The translations under genes and the position numbers were made by a program. From positions 1 to 64,000 of the forward strand of contig NMRA01000083.1 of the NCBI GenBank assembly GCA_002633005.1: a DNA stretch of 64,000 nt, written 5' to 3'. Every line of letters starts with the position of its first letter. Position 1 is the first letter of the stretch. Of this stretch, positions 50,071-63,102 are shown one piece after another. The stretch comes from Phoronis australis (lineage: Eukaryota; Animalia; Phoronida). Below the pieces are notes generated by a model. It did not search any database and had not been told where the DNA came from. It saw only the letters and a program-made list of their open reading frames with translations.

Positions 50071-51274
50071 TAGAGAATTGTACACCAGTCTCAGGTTTAT
50101 GACATGGGCAAAACCTCATGGCATTTTCGTCAAAATCCCGAGTCAAGCATAAAGGGTCACTGAAGAAAGTAAGCGGTTTTTAAGTGATAGTTTTAAGTAT
50201 AGAATGTATTTTTGACGAGGTGAAAACTCTTAATCGTTGTAACGTATTTCGCCTACCACCCTTTTAAAATACACCGGACGAAGCGATGGGTAATATTGCA
50301 GCCCCCAACCAGCCAACTGAAGCCGAGGGGCTACGTGTTGCTTACAGCCCTATTTGCATGTACACGAAGTTCTACTACTGTAATGCCACAAGATGTCACT
50401 TTCTAAATTTACCTTCTGCACTAAAGAGTCTGATGGCAACTCTGATACAACCAACCAGTTTGAAAGTAAAACTTGTAAACAAGATAATTCTGCAATCTAA
50501 ATAATGTTTCTGCTGTCAATTAAAGACTTTCACTCACTGTTTGTATTTCATGTTACTTAGTAATTGCAATAGGTAGTTGACACTTGACAACCAAAAACGC
50601 GCATTTTCAGCTGCATTTCTATGCATGGAATAAAAAGAAGACCAGACTATTAACCTTTATTGTTGTTACTTTTATTCATCGTCTACAAATTTCAAGAGTC
50701 ATTTTGTTACAGTTTGCTCTATCCTTACCAATAACTTAGTTTGAGTTTGGGTACTTAAATTAGTGGGCACGACAAAACGAGTGCACCCACAAATGGGGAT
50801 AATTTCATTATTTGAAAATTATATTTTTTGGACTGGCGGATGAATATTATACATGCCTACACACTATCGAATGTCAGTCCCTAATCTACTAGGATAGGTC
50901 TTGTTACCAAGAAAGGTAATTTTTAAGCTGAAATTTTCCAAGTTTCAAGTAAAAATTTAACGGGGGTATTGAAAATAAACGCAGAGATCTATGAGTGTAT
51001 TATGTTGGTTGGTGTTTTTTGAGGTAGATATGGATTCACTGGTGGAGTTTCAGCCAATTCTGTGACCGGTCATGTACATTTTTTATTTGATTCCATAGGT
51101 TCCATCACAAATTGGTATTTAACTTGTTTTACAAATTCTTCATCATGTAACAAACTATTTTAAAGCTCTAAAACCCTATCCTTTTAAAAAATTAGATCAA
51201 CGAATTTCAAAAAGTAATACGACAATGGTCAGTTCTATACTCTTACTACTGCCAACGCCTGCATTGCATCTACG

Positions 51275-51790
51275 ATTTTAGGGGTGTTTATTAATATCAT
51301 TAAACATGGTCATTACATGGCGCAGAATACGTCAAACCCGTCCTCAAAACGGGAAAGCGTCGTCGTTGCTCCCCTAATGCAAAGAACTCTGATCAAACCA
51401 AGGCAAATGTAAAAACTAAAATTGCCACTAGAGGGCACTGAGTTTGTCAGCCGTTCAAAAGTCGTGGGCAGTAGCTGTCACATTCATGCTAGTTTAAGAT
51501 GCAATCGTTAAAAACTAAAATTGCTACTACAGGACACAATTGTAGTCGGATCAGTCCGAAAATCCATCAAGAAATTCCAAAGAGGAAAACGGAGAAAATA
51601 AAATGGCCACTAAGGAGCACCGCCGCAGTTGGATCCGTCCGAACGTCATGGTCATCCGTTGTCATCTCCATACAAATACACTTGCAAAATTCAACAAACA
51701 TCCAGCAGACAGTTTAGGAGATACAGACACAACAAAGAAAACAAAACTGTCACATGGAGGCGCCACAGTAGTCAGGGAACGATTTTGATG
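51275..51790 (-). mobile_element. HINE-like tandem-unit fragment
   Basis: AAAACTAAAATTGCCACTAGAGGGCAC and GGATCCGTCCGAA units match the other copies. Confidence 0.65.
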
Positions 51791-52246
51791 ACCGCGTACA
51801 GATTACATGTTTAACGGATTAACGTACTCCAAGTACTATACATGTATTGGCAATTCCAAAGATTTCAGCGGCTTTTGGAGTACAAGTTCTAACTCATGCC
51901 ACGTCTGGAATGAACCAAAATACACGTTAACGCCGATGAATTAGAAAAATATCTTAGGACACTCTCAAACCCCGTGGGATGCCCAGTCTCCCAGGTTTCT
52001 CTCGTTGTCCGTCAAGAATGTGCAAGCATGCCTTTGGTAATGACTTATAATATTCTGTTTTGATGAACAAGGAATTTGTTAGTTCCTAATTTGCATGATG
52101 TTTATTTATCTATGAACATAGGCAGACTCATAGATGAATTTTTGACAATTAGAAACTATTATCTAATCCGTAAGTACACTAGGCGATTTTTGCCTATCCC
52201 AAATAAAAGTTCAAAGGTATTGATGAAATTGGAACAGTTCTCAGTA

Positions 52247-52639
52247 CATGTGTCCCAAAAATGTACTCGCATTTCAAATGGCAATGAGTGCATTTTTATT
52301 GACTTAAGAACAAGATAGGTGGGTTAAATTTACGAACAGATCAAAACGGAATTAATTCTTTAAATCAAAATTAAACGCATTGGGCATTAACCTGGGAAGT
52401 AAAATTGTCTTTGCACTTTCTTGATTTTTTTAGTTTTCAGTAGCATTGGGCAAAAAAAACTTCATTCTCCATTGCAACACAGAGTCATTTGTTTGCCATT
52501 CCCGTGCATACAGAGCGCTTGTTAGCTCACGCACGGCGCATACACTTTCGAAACAAGGCCAGGGATCAGAATTTGATCAAAAGAATTTGAACTCCCAGAG
52601 TTGTACTGGGGTATGAGTACATTTTTGGGACACCCCGTG
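52247..52639. mobile_element. Tc1/mariner-type MITE
   Basis: TA flanks and inverted GTGTCCCAAAAATGTACTC at both ends. Confidence 0.65.
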
Positions 52640-53744
52640 TATCAATTGTCCCCAGACACCAGAAAATGGGCTACCCTCGTTTTAACAAGGGATTTTGAAA
52701 CAACTTCAAAGGCAATGCACTACGGTCATCCCAGACGGATTTGTACAAGCTCGAGCTGCCTATCTCAAAAGAAATACAATTGAGCTAATCATCAAATTCG
52801 TATTTTCATTCCTTCAGTAGGCGTGAGCTGTTAGCTAACAAACAGCTATACTTCACTTGAGGCACCCCAGCTCCCAGGTATCCGTCTGTGTTCATTCTCG
52901 CTCTCCATAAATTTTGTTGAAACATGGTTACTCCGGCAAGTTCGCCCCCGGCCCCCTCCCCTCAATAATATTTAACCTTCTTACTGGCCTGCAATCCTAA
53001 ATACTACGTCTCATACACAAACAAATGCCTAAACATTTAGAAAATATACAACCAAATTTGTATAACAAGAACCAAAATGTGAATCAAAACTCAACAAACA
53101 TTACGCTCAGGTAGAATATCAATACCTTTCCACAGACAACATGGCCGTTCATTAAGGAATCGTTCCTGAATTGATGTACATGTACAAGAAACTCACTTCG
53201 AAACGAGGGTAGTAGCATAGACGGTAAGAAGAAAATAAACGATTTTCTTTTTTTCGGTCGAGGTACAACACTGTGTTCAAAAAGGCTTGTAGTTTGATAA
53301 CAAAAAGATTGAAACATGTAGCATAGTACGCACTACTTTGGTTTATACAGCCCCTGGATGTAGTCCAACATCTACAGACGCACAACAGACGGCTTTCATA
53401 GCCAGTGAATTACGACTGAGTGTGCAGTTATTAGTGTTATAAATGACTGTAACTAGTAATTCTCTTAAAGACAGTGTACTCACTATGTCCACAGCGTTTC
53501 TGGATGAAAAAACGACTTCGTAAACGTGTCACCTTCGGTTAGTTCAACCTGGATAAGTATTCCGTTGGTTCAAACAGGAAAGGTGTATTGTTACTCAAAA
53601 TCAATAGTTACGTAACACCGACGATCGGGTATAGGTACGACCGCCTGCTACTATTGACCACTAACAATAGTTTGAACAGAGCCATAGCTCTGCACACTGT
53701 TCTTCAGGTTGCATAACTTTCGGGGCCAGGTGTGCGTTTAGTAG

Positions 53745-53782
53745 ACGCTAGGACTTACGCTAGGACTTACGCTAGGACCTAG
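53745..53782. repeat. 12-bp tandem repeat (ACGCTAGGACTT x3)
   Basis: Directly visible in the sequence. Confidence 0.8.
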
Positions 53783-53948
53783 CTAAAATCTAGTCAAAGT
53801 CACGTGTTTGTGTTTAAAATACACGGCAATATCTCACGTAATCTCGTGAAGTCTTGCTTTTTAGCGATGTCCTGGCGTTACTGAACAGGAGGTAGACCTG
53901 GCGTGCGTTCAGTAACCAAGGTACCTAAACGACACGGTCAACTATCTC

Positions 53949-54177
53949 ATAAAGACGGGCATGGACGCATGAACACGACTCACGTACCTGGAAACGCCGT
54001 CCACTGACTCACAAACACGGGAACGGACTCACAAAACACGATCCTCGTGAATACGAGTCCGTGTCCCGCCTATTTGGGTGCGTGGATCGTGTTTTATGAG
54101 TCCGTTCCCGTGTTTGTGAGTCAGTGGACGGTGTTTGCAGGTCCGTGAGTCGTGTTCATGCGTCCGTGGGCCGTGTT

Positions 54178-54180
<3 letters not shown>
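53949..54180. repeat. Foldback inverted repeat (~96-bp arms, 39-bp loop)
   Basis: 53949-54044 is an imperfect reverse complement of 54084-54180. Confidence 0.85.

Positions 54181-54181
<1 letters not shown>

Positions 54182-54219
<38 letters not shown>
54182..54219. repeat. (TG)n microsatellite ending at an N
   Basis: Directly visible, with a single N at 54220. Confidence 0.95.
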
Positions 54220-54220
54220 N

Positions 54221-54455
54221 AACGGCAAGCACCCCCTCAAATTTTGCTGCAAATTTCCCTCCGCCCCTCCAGCCCTTCCCACCCCCATAAACGTCGACTC
54301 CTTTAGAGTCTACCTCCAAGGTTACGACCCGTCCCTCACTCACTACATCCTAGTCGGCTTCACTCACGGTTTCCGTCTTGGTGTCACCTCCACCTTCCCC
54401 TCTCCACCCCCTCACAATCACCCCTCTGCCCTCTCTAATCCTCTCCTCACCAGTT
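54221..54455 (+). pseudogene. DIRS/Ngaro tyrosine-recombinase retrotransposon fragment (Gag end / RT start)
   Basis: NGKHP..LPTPINVDSFRVYLQGYDPSLTHYILVGFTHGFRLG..NHPSALSNP matches the typical pre-RT segment of these elements. Confidence 0.7.
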
Positions 54456-57400
54456 TATCCACTAGCGCTCGACTCTGAAATATCTTTTTCATGCCATCCC
54501 GGATCACTATAAAACAAGGACTCATTTTGTAACCCAAAACGGAAATGGAAATACAGTACACATAATCATATTGAATGTGTGGCTTATTGAAATAGGTCTA
54601 CACTGGTATCTTTTTTGTTATTTATAGTATAATATGATTTGAGAACCAAAGGCTTCTTACAAAATTTTGTGTTTAGAACAAGGGCCATTCAGTATCTGAA
54701 TAAGATTTCATGGTGTGGGTGGGTGACGTGCCGATTAAAAGGGTGATTCACCAATTTTGGCATCGAATTGGGAAAGGTTTTGTCGAGTTTGGGCCTGAAT
54801 TGATAGGATATGGTTTTCTCTAAATTTTGTATTGACAGGTTTATTTTTCAAAATTCGATTACTGTTTAGATGCCTTTGCTTTGAATAAGAAATAAATGAC
54901 TAATTATTCAGTGGGTATTCTTTTGGGTATTCATTCTGTAAGCCTCTCTGGTATTGAATTCAAGCACCCCTTTGAGTCAGGTTTTGAAACGAGTAACTTT
55001 ATTCCTGTCGTTATAAGTAATAGGTGGCTTATTGAAAAGGGTTCATGGAGGCACACTAGTGCTCATTTCTTCTGATGAATATTTTTTTAAACCTCTTAAA
55101 GATGTAATTGCATGCTCCTAATTGGCTAATGTATTACAGGAACTAAACAAAAATGCTTTTTGAATATCAACAAAGTGCAGCTGTATTCACTGACACCTTG
55201 TCAACGCAAATAGGTGACCTTCGCACTAATGACATACCTCGCGGGCTCAAATAGCACCATGTCACGATACTTACTGGATATGGCGGATCATTTTCGCTAC
55301 AAAACTTGTTCTTAAAAACATAAGACAATTTTCAAAAAACTTCATATCAGCACAATGTTTTTCAATAATTTGGCCTAGCAATCACAGAGATAAGGAATTA
55401 CTCACAAATTCAGATATACATGACCTCAGAAAACAAAAACCATTCTACAAGAGAAAATTGCTAATGTACAAGCTACTGTTTTACCTTAAATTGCGTACAG
55501 GCAACCTTGCCTTTTTTGAATTCCTGGTTATAGCTGCAATTACTGCTACAAAAGTAAAGCATCGGGAAGTTATGCACACTTCAGCCTGTGTTAAGTCCAA
55601 TTTGAGGACGCTGCTGGAAGTTGCACAATGCAACAGCAAATATAAGAGTGTTTTCATTGTTTCCTTTCAGACCTACAATCTTCTACAAATTTGTTTATTC
55701 TCATTCAAAGCCTTGTGCCAGGATTTCCACAACAGACATCCAAGGTGCTACATTTCTGCACTGCAGTTGAAGGGTAGTGCTGTTGAAACTTTTTATAGTC
55801 AATAACATGCCGTACTGACAAAGAAACTGCAAAGAGAGGTCAGAGATATTGGTGCAACCCATGAGATTCCACTCAGGAAAAAGCAAAAAAGGACCGAGGG
55901 ACACAACAATGTACTGATTCACATGACATAGTCGCAGTAGTAACATGCCTACCAGTGCTCTGAATGTGATAAGACTGCTACAAGTATTTTACTAGTGCCA
56001 TTTTTGGTTCGAATAGCACCTCTCTATGTGCAAATATACGGTGTACTTTGCATTATGTTGACTGATTTTGTTGTGTAACATTATTTAAGTTAATGTGATA
56101 TCATAATGGTTGTGACGTTCATAGATCTGGAAAATGCAACAACGATAACTCTTAAAGTACAGTACATGTGTATTCTATTGTGCTGTACAACACTACAAGG
56201 ACAATTGCTACACAAATTTAGAAACAGACCACAGAAAGCTATTTGGAAAATTTGAGCAAATGATATGATACACATCAATTTAATTCACGTTTTATTAACT
56301 GCTACCTGACGATAAAGTTTATCACGCAAACCCACGTCGCCTCTTGTTCGCATACTTCTGCCTTCAAAGCTTCTTCCTCCCTCTCCTCTGAGGAAACCAC
56401 CAATATGTGCATTGGTATATTTACGACAAGAATTGTTCTTACAAAGTCGCCAATCACATTTACATCGAAAATGTAGGCTTGACTTTGTAATTGTCACACC
56501 CATTGTCACCAACTCTATATTATCTTTTACCTTGGATTGTGTAGTCTGCAAAGGGAAACATGGCAAAATTTAAAGTGAGAGAGGGGTATCTAGAGGCACA
56601 TAATTAGAATGTTTAGTGATGATGTATCGGCAACACGATTTGGACCCACAAGCAGGACTAGTGAACATAACAGGTCATTCCGAAATCTAACACTACTTGG
56701 AAACCCCAAAACTTTAAATCTCATTTCTAAATCAAGCACTACTGTGACAGGCTTGATATTCTAGTGAATGTATATGTTCACTCTTTTACCACCTAGTCTC
56801 ACATAATCTAATATAAGGAGGCAGGGAAAGGTTGACTTGCGGCATGATTTAGTCTCTTATTTTAAAACTGTCATATGCTCACCTTTACGATTTTGTGTCT
56901 ATGGTTACCAAAGAACTCTTCTCGTATGGAATTATCCAGCTTTCTCAGAAATGGCAAGAAGGAATGGTGTAGGTACAGTAAATTACCTCTATCTCTGCAC
57001 TTCTGCTGGGGATCCCAAGCCCAGATAAAAAAAACAGAAGTTAGGAAATCACAAGAACAACACTGAACTAGTACTGTAGAATTAAAACTAAAAGTTCATT
57101 CATTGAGAACATCGTACTTTTTCGATAAAAACTTTCTTTCAGGTCCTTCCATCCTGAAGGCATATTCATGTGCAAGCATGCTTCCCTTAAAGTCAAGTCA
57201 TGCACTTAAATGGGTGTTTTGTACATATCCTTTGTCTATTTTAGTGCTTAGTACATAAATATGCAATTCAAAGAAAAGTTGCATTTTGGTACAAACAAGT
57301 CAAACTACATACTTTAAAGATACATCGTCTCATTAAATTGTGAATATGCAAATGAAGTACTAATTTACAAACTACCCTGGGTCTTCCCATATCAATGTAC

Positions 57401-60400
57401 CGGAAACAATCCGAGAACCATTTACAATTACAATATCGCAAAAGTCTGGTTTTGCGAGACTATTTTTATGCAAATTTCATTGTTGCCCAAATGAAACAAG
57501 GAACAGTTTTTAATATTTGAATATTTAAGTATCAAATAACAACTGCATTATATTTGAAATTATTGGGATTTTTGTATGTTCACATTTGTTTTTAAGCTTT
57601 CAGTTGCAGTTTTCTTTAAACAGCAAATTGTCTATTGTATGTCACTTTGTGGTCTCCTGTGCCATTTTATTTTAAATCCATCTACATGTACTCTGCAGTC
57701 TGTAGCATACCCTTGACAAAGAGCGCACTGCTCAAAATGTGGGGATATTTGAATATATTTTAGTACTGAAGCTCGTCGTTTTAGTTTTACTATTTTAAAT
57801 TATTTACCAATTGTTTCTTTTTCTGTACACACATTTCTCCATGAAGTCACTAGGTGGCGGTTGCTAAAATTCAAATCTTCATGGTTTTAACGAGACGTGG
57901 CATCTTTAAAATATTTCTATGTTCAGCTTGTCCCGAAATCAAAAGAAACCTGTGATTCGCATACTGTTTTATTGGGAAACTAATCATGGACATTGTTTTG
58001 CTTTCAATCACTGAGAAAGTCACCTGCTTTGCAATGAGGGTCATTAGAGTGAACTGAGGAAAGTTTGCAACAATTCAGTTTTGACAATAACATGAATTGA
58101 TGAGAATTAGACGCAGTCATGTGACCATTGATACAAAGCAAAGGACATGAATAATTTCATAACTCCCAATCTCATCACTTTATTCCCAGGAAATCAAAAT
58201 AAAACTTACTTCTTTTTGACATCTGCAGAAATGGTCACAGCAGCCAGAATTTTTCTTCTCTGATTGTATGATGCATCACCCCTGTTCGTCTTGTATGTTA
58301 GGTACATCTCTCCAATACAACCACCTACCAGTACGTGTAAACCCCAATCAGGTGAGGATGGGGTGGGAGACTAGAGGTAGGCCTACGACTAATTAAACTG
58401 GGGCCGGAAAAAAGATTCCGCCTACTTGTGACACTGGTGCTTTCAGTGCCGGTTGTGGCTGCTGTACTAGCAGAGGACATGGTGACGAAGTCAGAGTACT
58501 CGCGGTGCATATACAAAAAGTAACATTGCACATTGCACTGCGTTGCAAGTCAGTGTCATGTTTACTCCTCAAGTCCAATTGTGGTAGCACAATATGGCCG
58601 AATAAATTTTCTGTGAACTTTCACGCAGAGCATGACCTCACTCAGTGCTTTACTCTCTCTGATGAAATCATCTGTTTTCTTTTAAATGAAACTTAACTCC
58701 TGATATATATTATTAGTCCGAAGAAGGAGACCAAATACGGCGGTTTAGCTAGTTGTCCCTTCCTAGTTATCTCTTCCTGGTCATACATATAGTGTCTCAA
58801 CTTCCCAAACAAATCGGCGTTTAATTCATGTTCAAGAAATGTGAATCAGCAAATATTGGTTGCGCCTTTTCGGAGTGCATTTTTCTACTGTCGATGACTT
58901 TTGTTTACGATGATGTCCTGTATTCACACAGTATGAAGAACACACCGCTTAAATCAGCCAGATGTGTTTGTTGCACATGTACGTGCTTCAAGCACGCGGC
59001 TATTAAGCATTACTACAGAAACGAAATAGTTGCTGTTACGCCACTTGCACGACAAAGCTAAAAAAACCGTTTATAGTCCGCATTTTTCTTTCTTTGTTGC
59101 AACTCTCTAACCAATAGCTGCTGAAGTTACATCAACCAGTTATAAAACGCGCGCTACTGAATGATACTTGCGTATTCTCTACACGCAGGGAACCAGCGAG
59201 GAAAGAAAACTATCCGGTTTTAAGTAAATAGTCGAATTGCCTAATTTTTCAAAACTATTTTAAAACGTTTAGAAATATATACACAAAACGTACCGAGAGT
59301 GACGTACATGAGATAATATGCCACGAGACATTATTCCGCGTATCGACGGAGAACAAAGGTCACTCTCGGTACGTTTTGTATTTATCCCACACGCATCGTG
59401 AGTTTCTTTTGTTTTCTTTCGGCATTTTATAAATATTTCACCCAGACTGTTTACGTGGCGAATCACAACCTGTTGTGTATGTACGTGCACGTTATGTTGC
59501 TGACGAATGTTTACGCATGGGCGGCGCACCATAGGGGCTGCGGGGGCTATGGCCTCCCACTTTTTTCAGTGCTACGCCGCACATGGTCTATTGGCGGTGT
59601 GCCACAGGGTGGCTGGGTGTACTTTAGNAGTGTAATCACAGGGACGGCCCTATCGCCATGAATAGCAAGTATATGGTACTAACTCTATGTTTTTAAATCT
59701 ACTAGTTATGTATGTTTCGACCGTACAGTTAATAGCGGAAAGCGATCGAGAAATAATCCTAATAAACTTCAACACGTGCATTATACTCAAGTAAATTACC
59801 CCGGCATAAATGCTGAAGGTTACTGGAGCGATAGGCCTACACTGACTTATTCAGTTCCGACAGTGGCGTTATTTTGAACTCGGGAGACGATTTGTGTGCG
59901 TTAAAATATTGTCCTTCGTTATCCGTAGGATTCACAAAGGATTGTAGGTGATACTCAAACATAAAACTAAGGCCGTAAGTTATTTGTAGAAATGCCATTG
60001 CTTCAGAGAACGCTTGTTAGCTGTCCCGCCGGTTTTCGGGTGTAGTAGCTTAGAAAAGTTACTCTAAAAAAGTAACTCAGCTACTTTGAAATTTGAGCAC
60101 ACATCTTAGCCGAGTACAGAGATTTTATCGCATACTTCTCTCTGAGCCAGTTCTAAATGTCGTCTTGTCTTTTACGCTGACATTTTCCTCCGCGATATTT
60201 CTACGTTTCAAATACTCGCTGACTCGCCTTGCTATGCGAGGCTACCTAATCTATAGACTCAATTCACGCGGCGGACATTAAAATCCAAAGCGAGGCTCAC
60301 TGCGATAAACAAAGCGGAAATTTACAATGCGTGAGTTAAATGGCCGGTCTTTGGAGTCCAACTTGAAAATTAAATCTTAAAAATGTGTCAATAATTAACC

Positions 60401-61018
60401 ACAGAGACGTAGAAAAATACAGTTAAAGAACAAGTCAATGCACTAAAGAGTTGTCTGACGAAAGGATACAAGATTTTTCCGGAAAACTAGGTTCGAAACA
60501 TGAAAAGCAAACATGACCAAATTGCGGCGGTCGTAGTGTTACGGATTAGGTATCATGCTGAATGCAGGGTTACGTTTCTTCTAATAAATTCTTGATAAAA
60601 ATGCTTTCTACACGAACCAGGTCACTGGTCGTATTATTGACGAGTGAAGATATATTCGACAGTGGTGGCTCATAGCATTTGTTGATTCAGAGTAGGCCTA
60701 TTAGCTTAAGCATAGCCTAGGTCCTGGAGAGGTAGGCACTACCGGGACTAACAGTTGATTTGTCATTGATCTGAAATAATACTTGATGTTATCAAATATA
60801 TATTTTGATTCGATTAAAAACAGTCTCGCACTTGAAAATAAAAATTACTGTATGACCATCAATTTTGCTTTCTTGATTTTATAATTACGTCTATTTCATG
60901 TGTATATTTTTCAAATATCAATCTCGACCAAGTTGAATTTTAAAATTCAAACACCTAATTCTTTCGTCCAAAGCATAACCTCGTTTTAGAGCTCAATTTC
61001 AGTTAACTGGACAGAATA

Positions 61019-61178
61019 CAGTGGCGGATTTAGAGGGGAGCCAAGGGGGCAATGCCCGGCCCCCTAAAATTCTCCCAGATTTCATTTGGCAGCTCAGGAG
61101 CGCGAATGTCTGACGGGGAAATACTGGCTAATACTCTGCCTTGCCCCCCCCCCTAATTCAAAGTCCTGGATCCCCCTG
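61019..61178. mobile_element. hAT-like GC-rich MITE (related ends near 26586, 26890, 47740)
   Basis: CAGTGGCGGATTTAG..GGGGGC...GCCCCCCC..CTGGATCCCCCTG. No matching 8-bp TSD seen. Confidence 0.45.
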
Positions 61179-61385
61179 GAACAAGCATAGTTATCATGTT
61201 CCTTCAGAGGCCTCGTTCATATCCGAAGGGAAAGGTGCCTCATGTGTGTGCGGCCTTCTGAGAGGGGAACGTTTCGCCGAGTGACGGGTCAGTGAAAACT
61301 CTACTGACCTCCCGATCACCATCAATATCACCCCGCCCTGTTGCAAGCTCTCATAGCTCTGTCTCAAGTAGCATTTTCAGTGGCT

Positions 61386-61554
61386 NNNNNNNNNNNNNNN
61401 NNNNNNNNNNNNNNNNNNNNNNNNNNNNNNNNNNNNNNNNNNNNNNNNNNNNNNNNNNNNNNNNNNNNNNNNNNNNNNNNNNNNNNNNNNNNNNNNNNNN
61501 NNNNNNNNNNNNNNNNNNNNNNNNNNNNNNNNNNNNNNNNNNNNNNNNNNNNNN
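61386..61554. other. Assembly gap (N run)
   Basis: 169 consecutive Ns. Confidence 1.
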
Positions 61555-62071
61555 AGTCACAGGTGATTTGAACCGTTGGAGAGAAATTTTGTATCACTAA
61601 GGGAATTTTTAAGCCTAGTTGTGGCTGGGAATTTCGCGTGATTTTTCAATATTTTTGAGAGGGGAATAGGGACAATATTTGACCCCAAAATTGAGGGATT
61701 GAGGGCCCTGTCCTTTTTGTAAAGAAAACTGCATCGCGCTTCAACCCATAGTCATTAAAACACACCCTGGCTGCCCCGATGATTCTCCGGTCCTCGTTGT
61801 TACATGGCGGCATATCCGAGATGCGACAAATTATGATTCGACAAAAGTTACAAATTTTACACGGACATACATGTATTTTCCTTCGTCGCGGCGTATGGCA
61901 AGGACCCAACGCTTCCGAATCCCAACGTCCTTAGGGATGGTAAACAGACAGTTGAGTGTCCGTATTTTTTCTAGCAGTTCGAGCAACGCGGAGTATAATT
62001 ACGCGGATAAGCCACCAGAGCTATCGCGCCTCCTGTCGGCGTGAATAAGACAGAGATCGTGTAACTTCGTA

Positions 62072-62656
62072 CCGGGGTTTTCCGTAGATAAGCCCACCCG
62101 ATGAAACGCCCATGTGCGTTTATTCGGAAAATTATGCCGGTGTTGGAAATTCTCGTTTCAAGTGTCTAGATAGTGGTGCTTTAATTCGGAAAATTTCCTT
62201 TTAAACGCCCACTTAGAGTCAACAAATTCAGTTTTGTAGAGGATTTATTTATAAAAACGAGAAAAGTGTTGCTGAACTATACTAACAGAACTGGCTCGAA
62301 TTTATTTTTTTTCACAATACGATGTAGCCGCGTTTTCGAGCAGGCCGAAGTTCACAGATTTTCTGCTGAATGACTTTGGGTACTATCATCTTTGTAACAA
62401 GGAGATCTACGAGTGATGCACACATATTTTCTTGTCCCGCTGAGCAGATATTGCGATTGATAAGCTGCTATAGAAGTTTCCCTTACAAAAATACATATAG
62501 CGTTTCATGCTGGCATTTACGTCGCGAAAATTATGACATTCCGTTTACACGCCCCCTTTTCCAAATCAACGCCCGGGCGTTTATTGATGTTCATAGTGTC
62601 TTGAAATTTTCATTTTCCGTATACACGCCCAGGGGCTTATCTACGGAAAACCCCGG
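62072..62656. mobile_element. pogo/mariner-type MITE
   Basis: Perfect 24-bp TIR CCGGGGTTTTCCGTAGATAAGCCC with TA on both sides (62070-71 and 62657-58). A degenerate relative lies at ~49700-49841. Confidence 0.85.
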
Positions 62657-62756
62657 TACTATAGTTTACATAACAACCACAGGCTTCGCATACCAAAGTC
62701 AGCCATTACACGAATGCTCAAAACAAAAACAGCACAGCAGTTCAGCATAGTAGTTA

Positions 62757-62835
62757 AAAAAGTGAAAAATATGTCTGGATAATCAACGAACCTTATTTTT
62801 GCTAAAAATGACATGAAAAAAGGTTGTCTTCGCCT
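62757..62835 (+). mobile_element. Isolated right end of the Kolobok-like family
   Basis: AAGTGAAAAATATGTCTGGATAATCAACGAACCTTATTTTTGCTAAAAATGACATG..GGTTGTCTTCGCCT followed by TTAA at 62836-62839. Confidence 0.85.
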
Positions 62836-62852
62836 TTAAAGGTCTAGAGCAG

Positions 62853-63102
62853 ACAACTGTTTTGTAACCTGGCTTAGTTAGTAACCGTTCGTTGTGTTTT
62901 AGGCCTAATTTTCATATTATTTAAGTGTTCCAGTAACTCATAAATTTGGTTGTAGACTTTCAGACGCTTGACAATTGTTTTGCAACCTGGCTTAGACTTA
63001 GTAACCGTTTGTTAGGTATTAATTTGGGCCGAATTTTCATAATTATTTAAAGTGTTCGGACAGCAACTCATAAATTTGGTTGTAGACTTCCAGACGCTTG
63101 AC
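62853..63102. repeat. Tandem duplication (~118-130-bp unit x2)
   Basis: ACAA(C/T)TGTTTTG(T/C)AACCTGGCTTAG..AACTCATAAATTTGGTTGTAGACTT.CAGACGCTTG occurs twice. Confidence 0.85.

Noticed and set aside
51100-51255. Minus-strand YRTDH..SLLHDEEFVKQVK, an L1-like endonuclease tail
   Set aside because: Plausible, but very short and frameshifted, so left uncalled.
61292-61600. ORFs spanning the N run
   Set aside because: Artefacts of the assembly gap.
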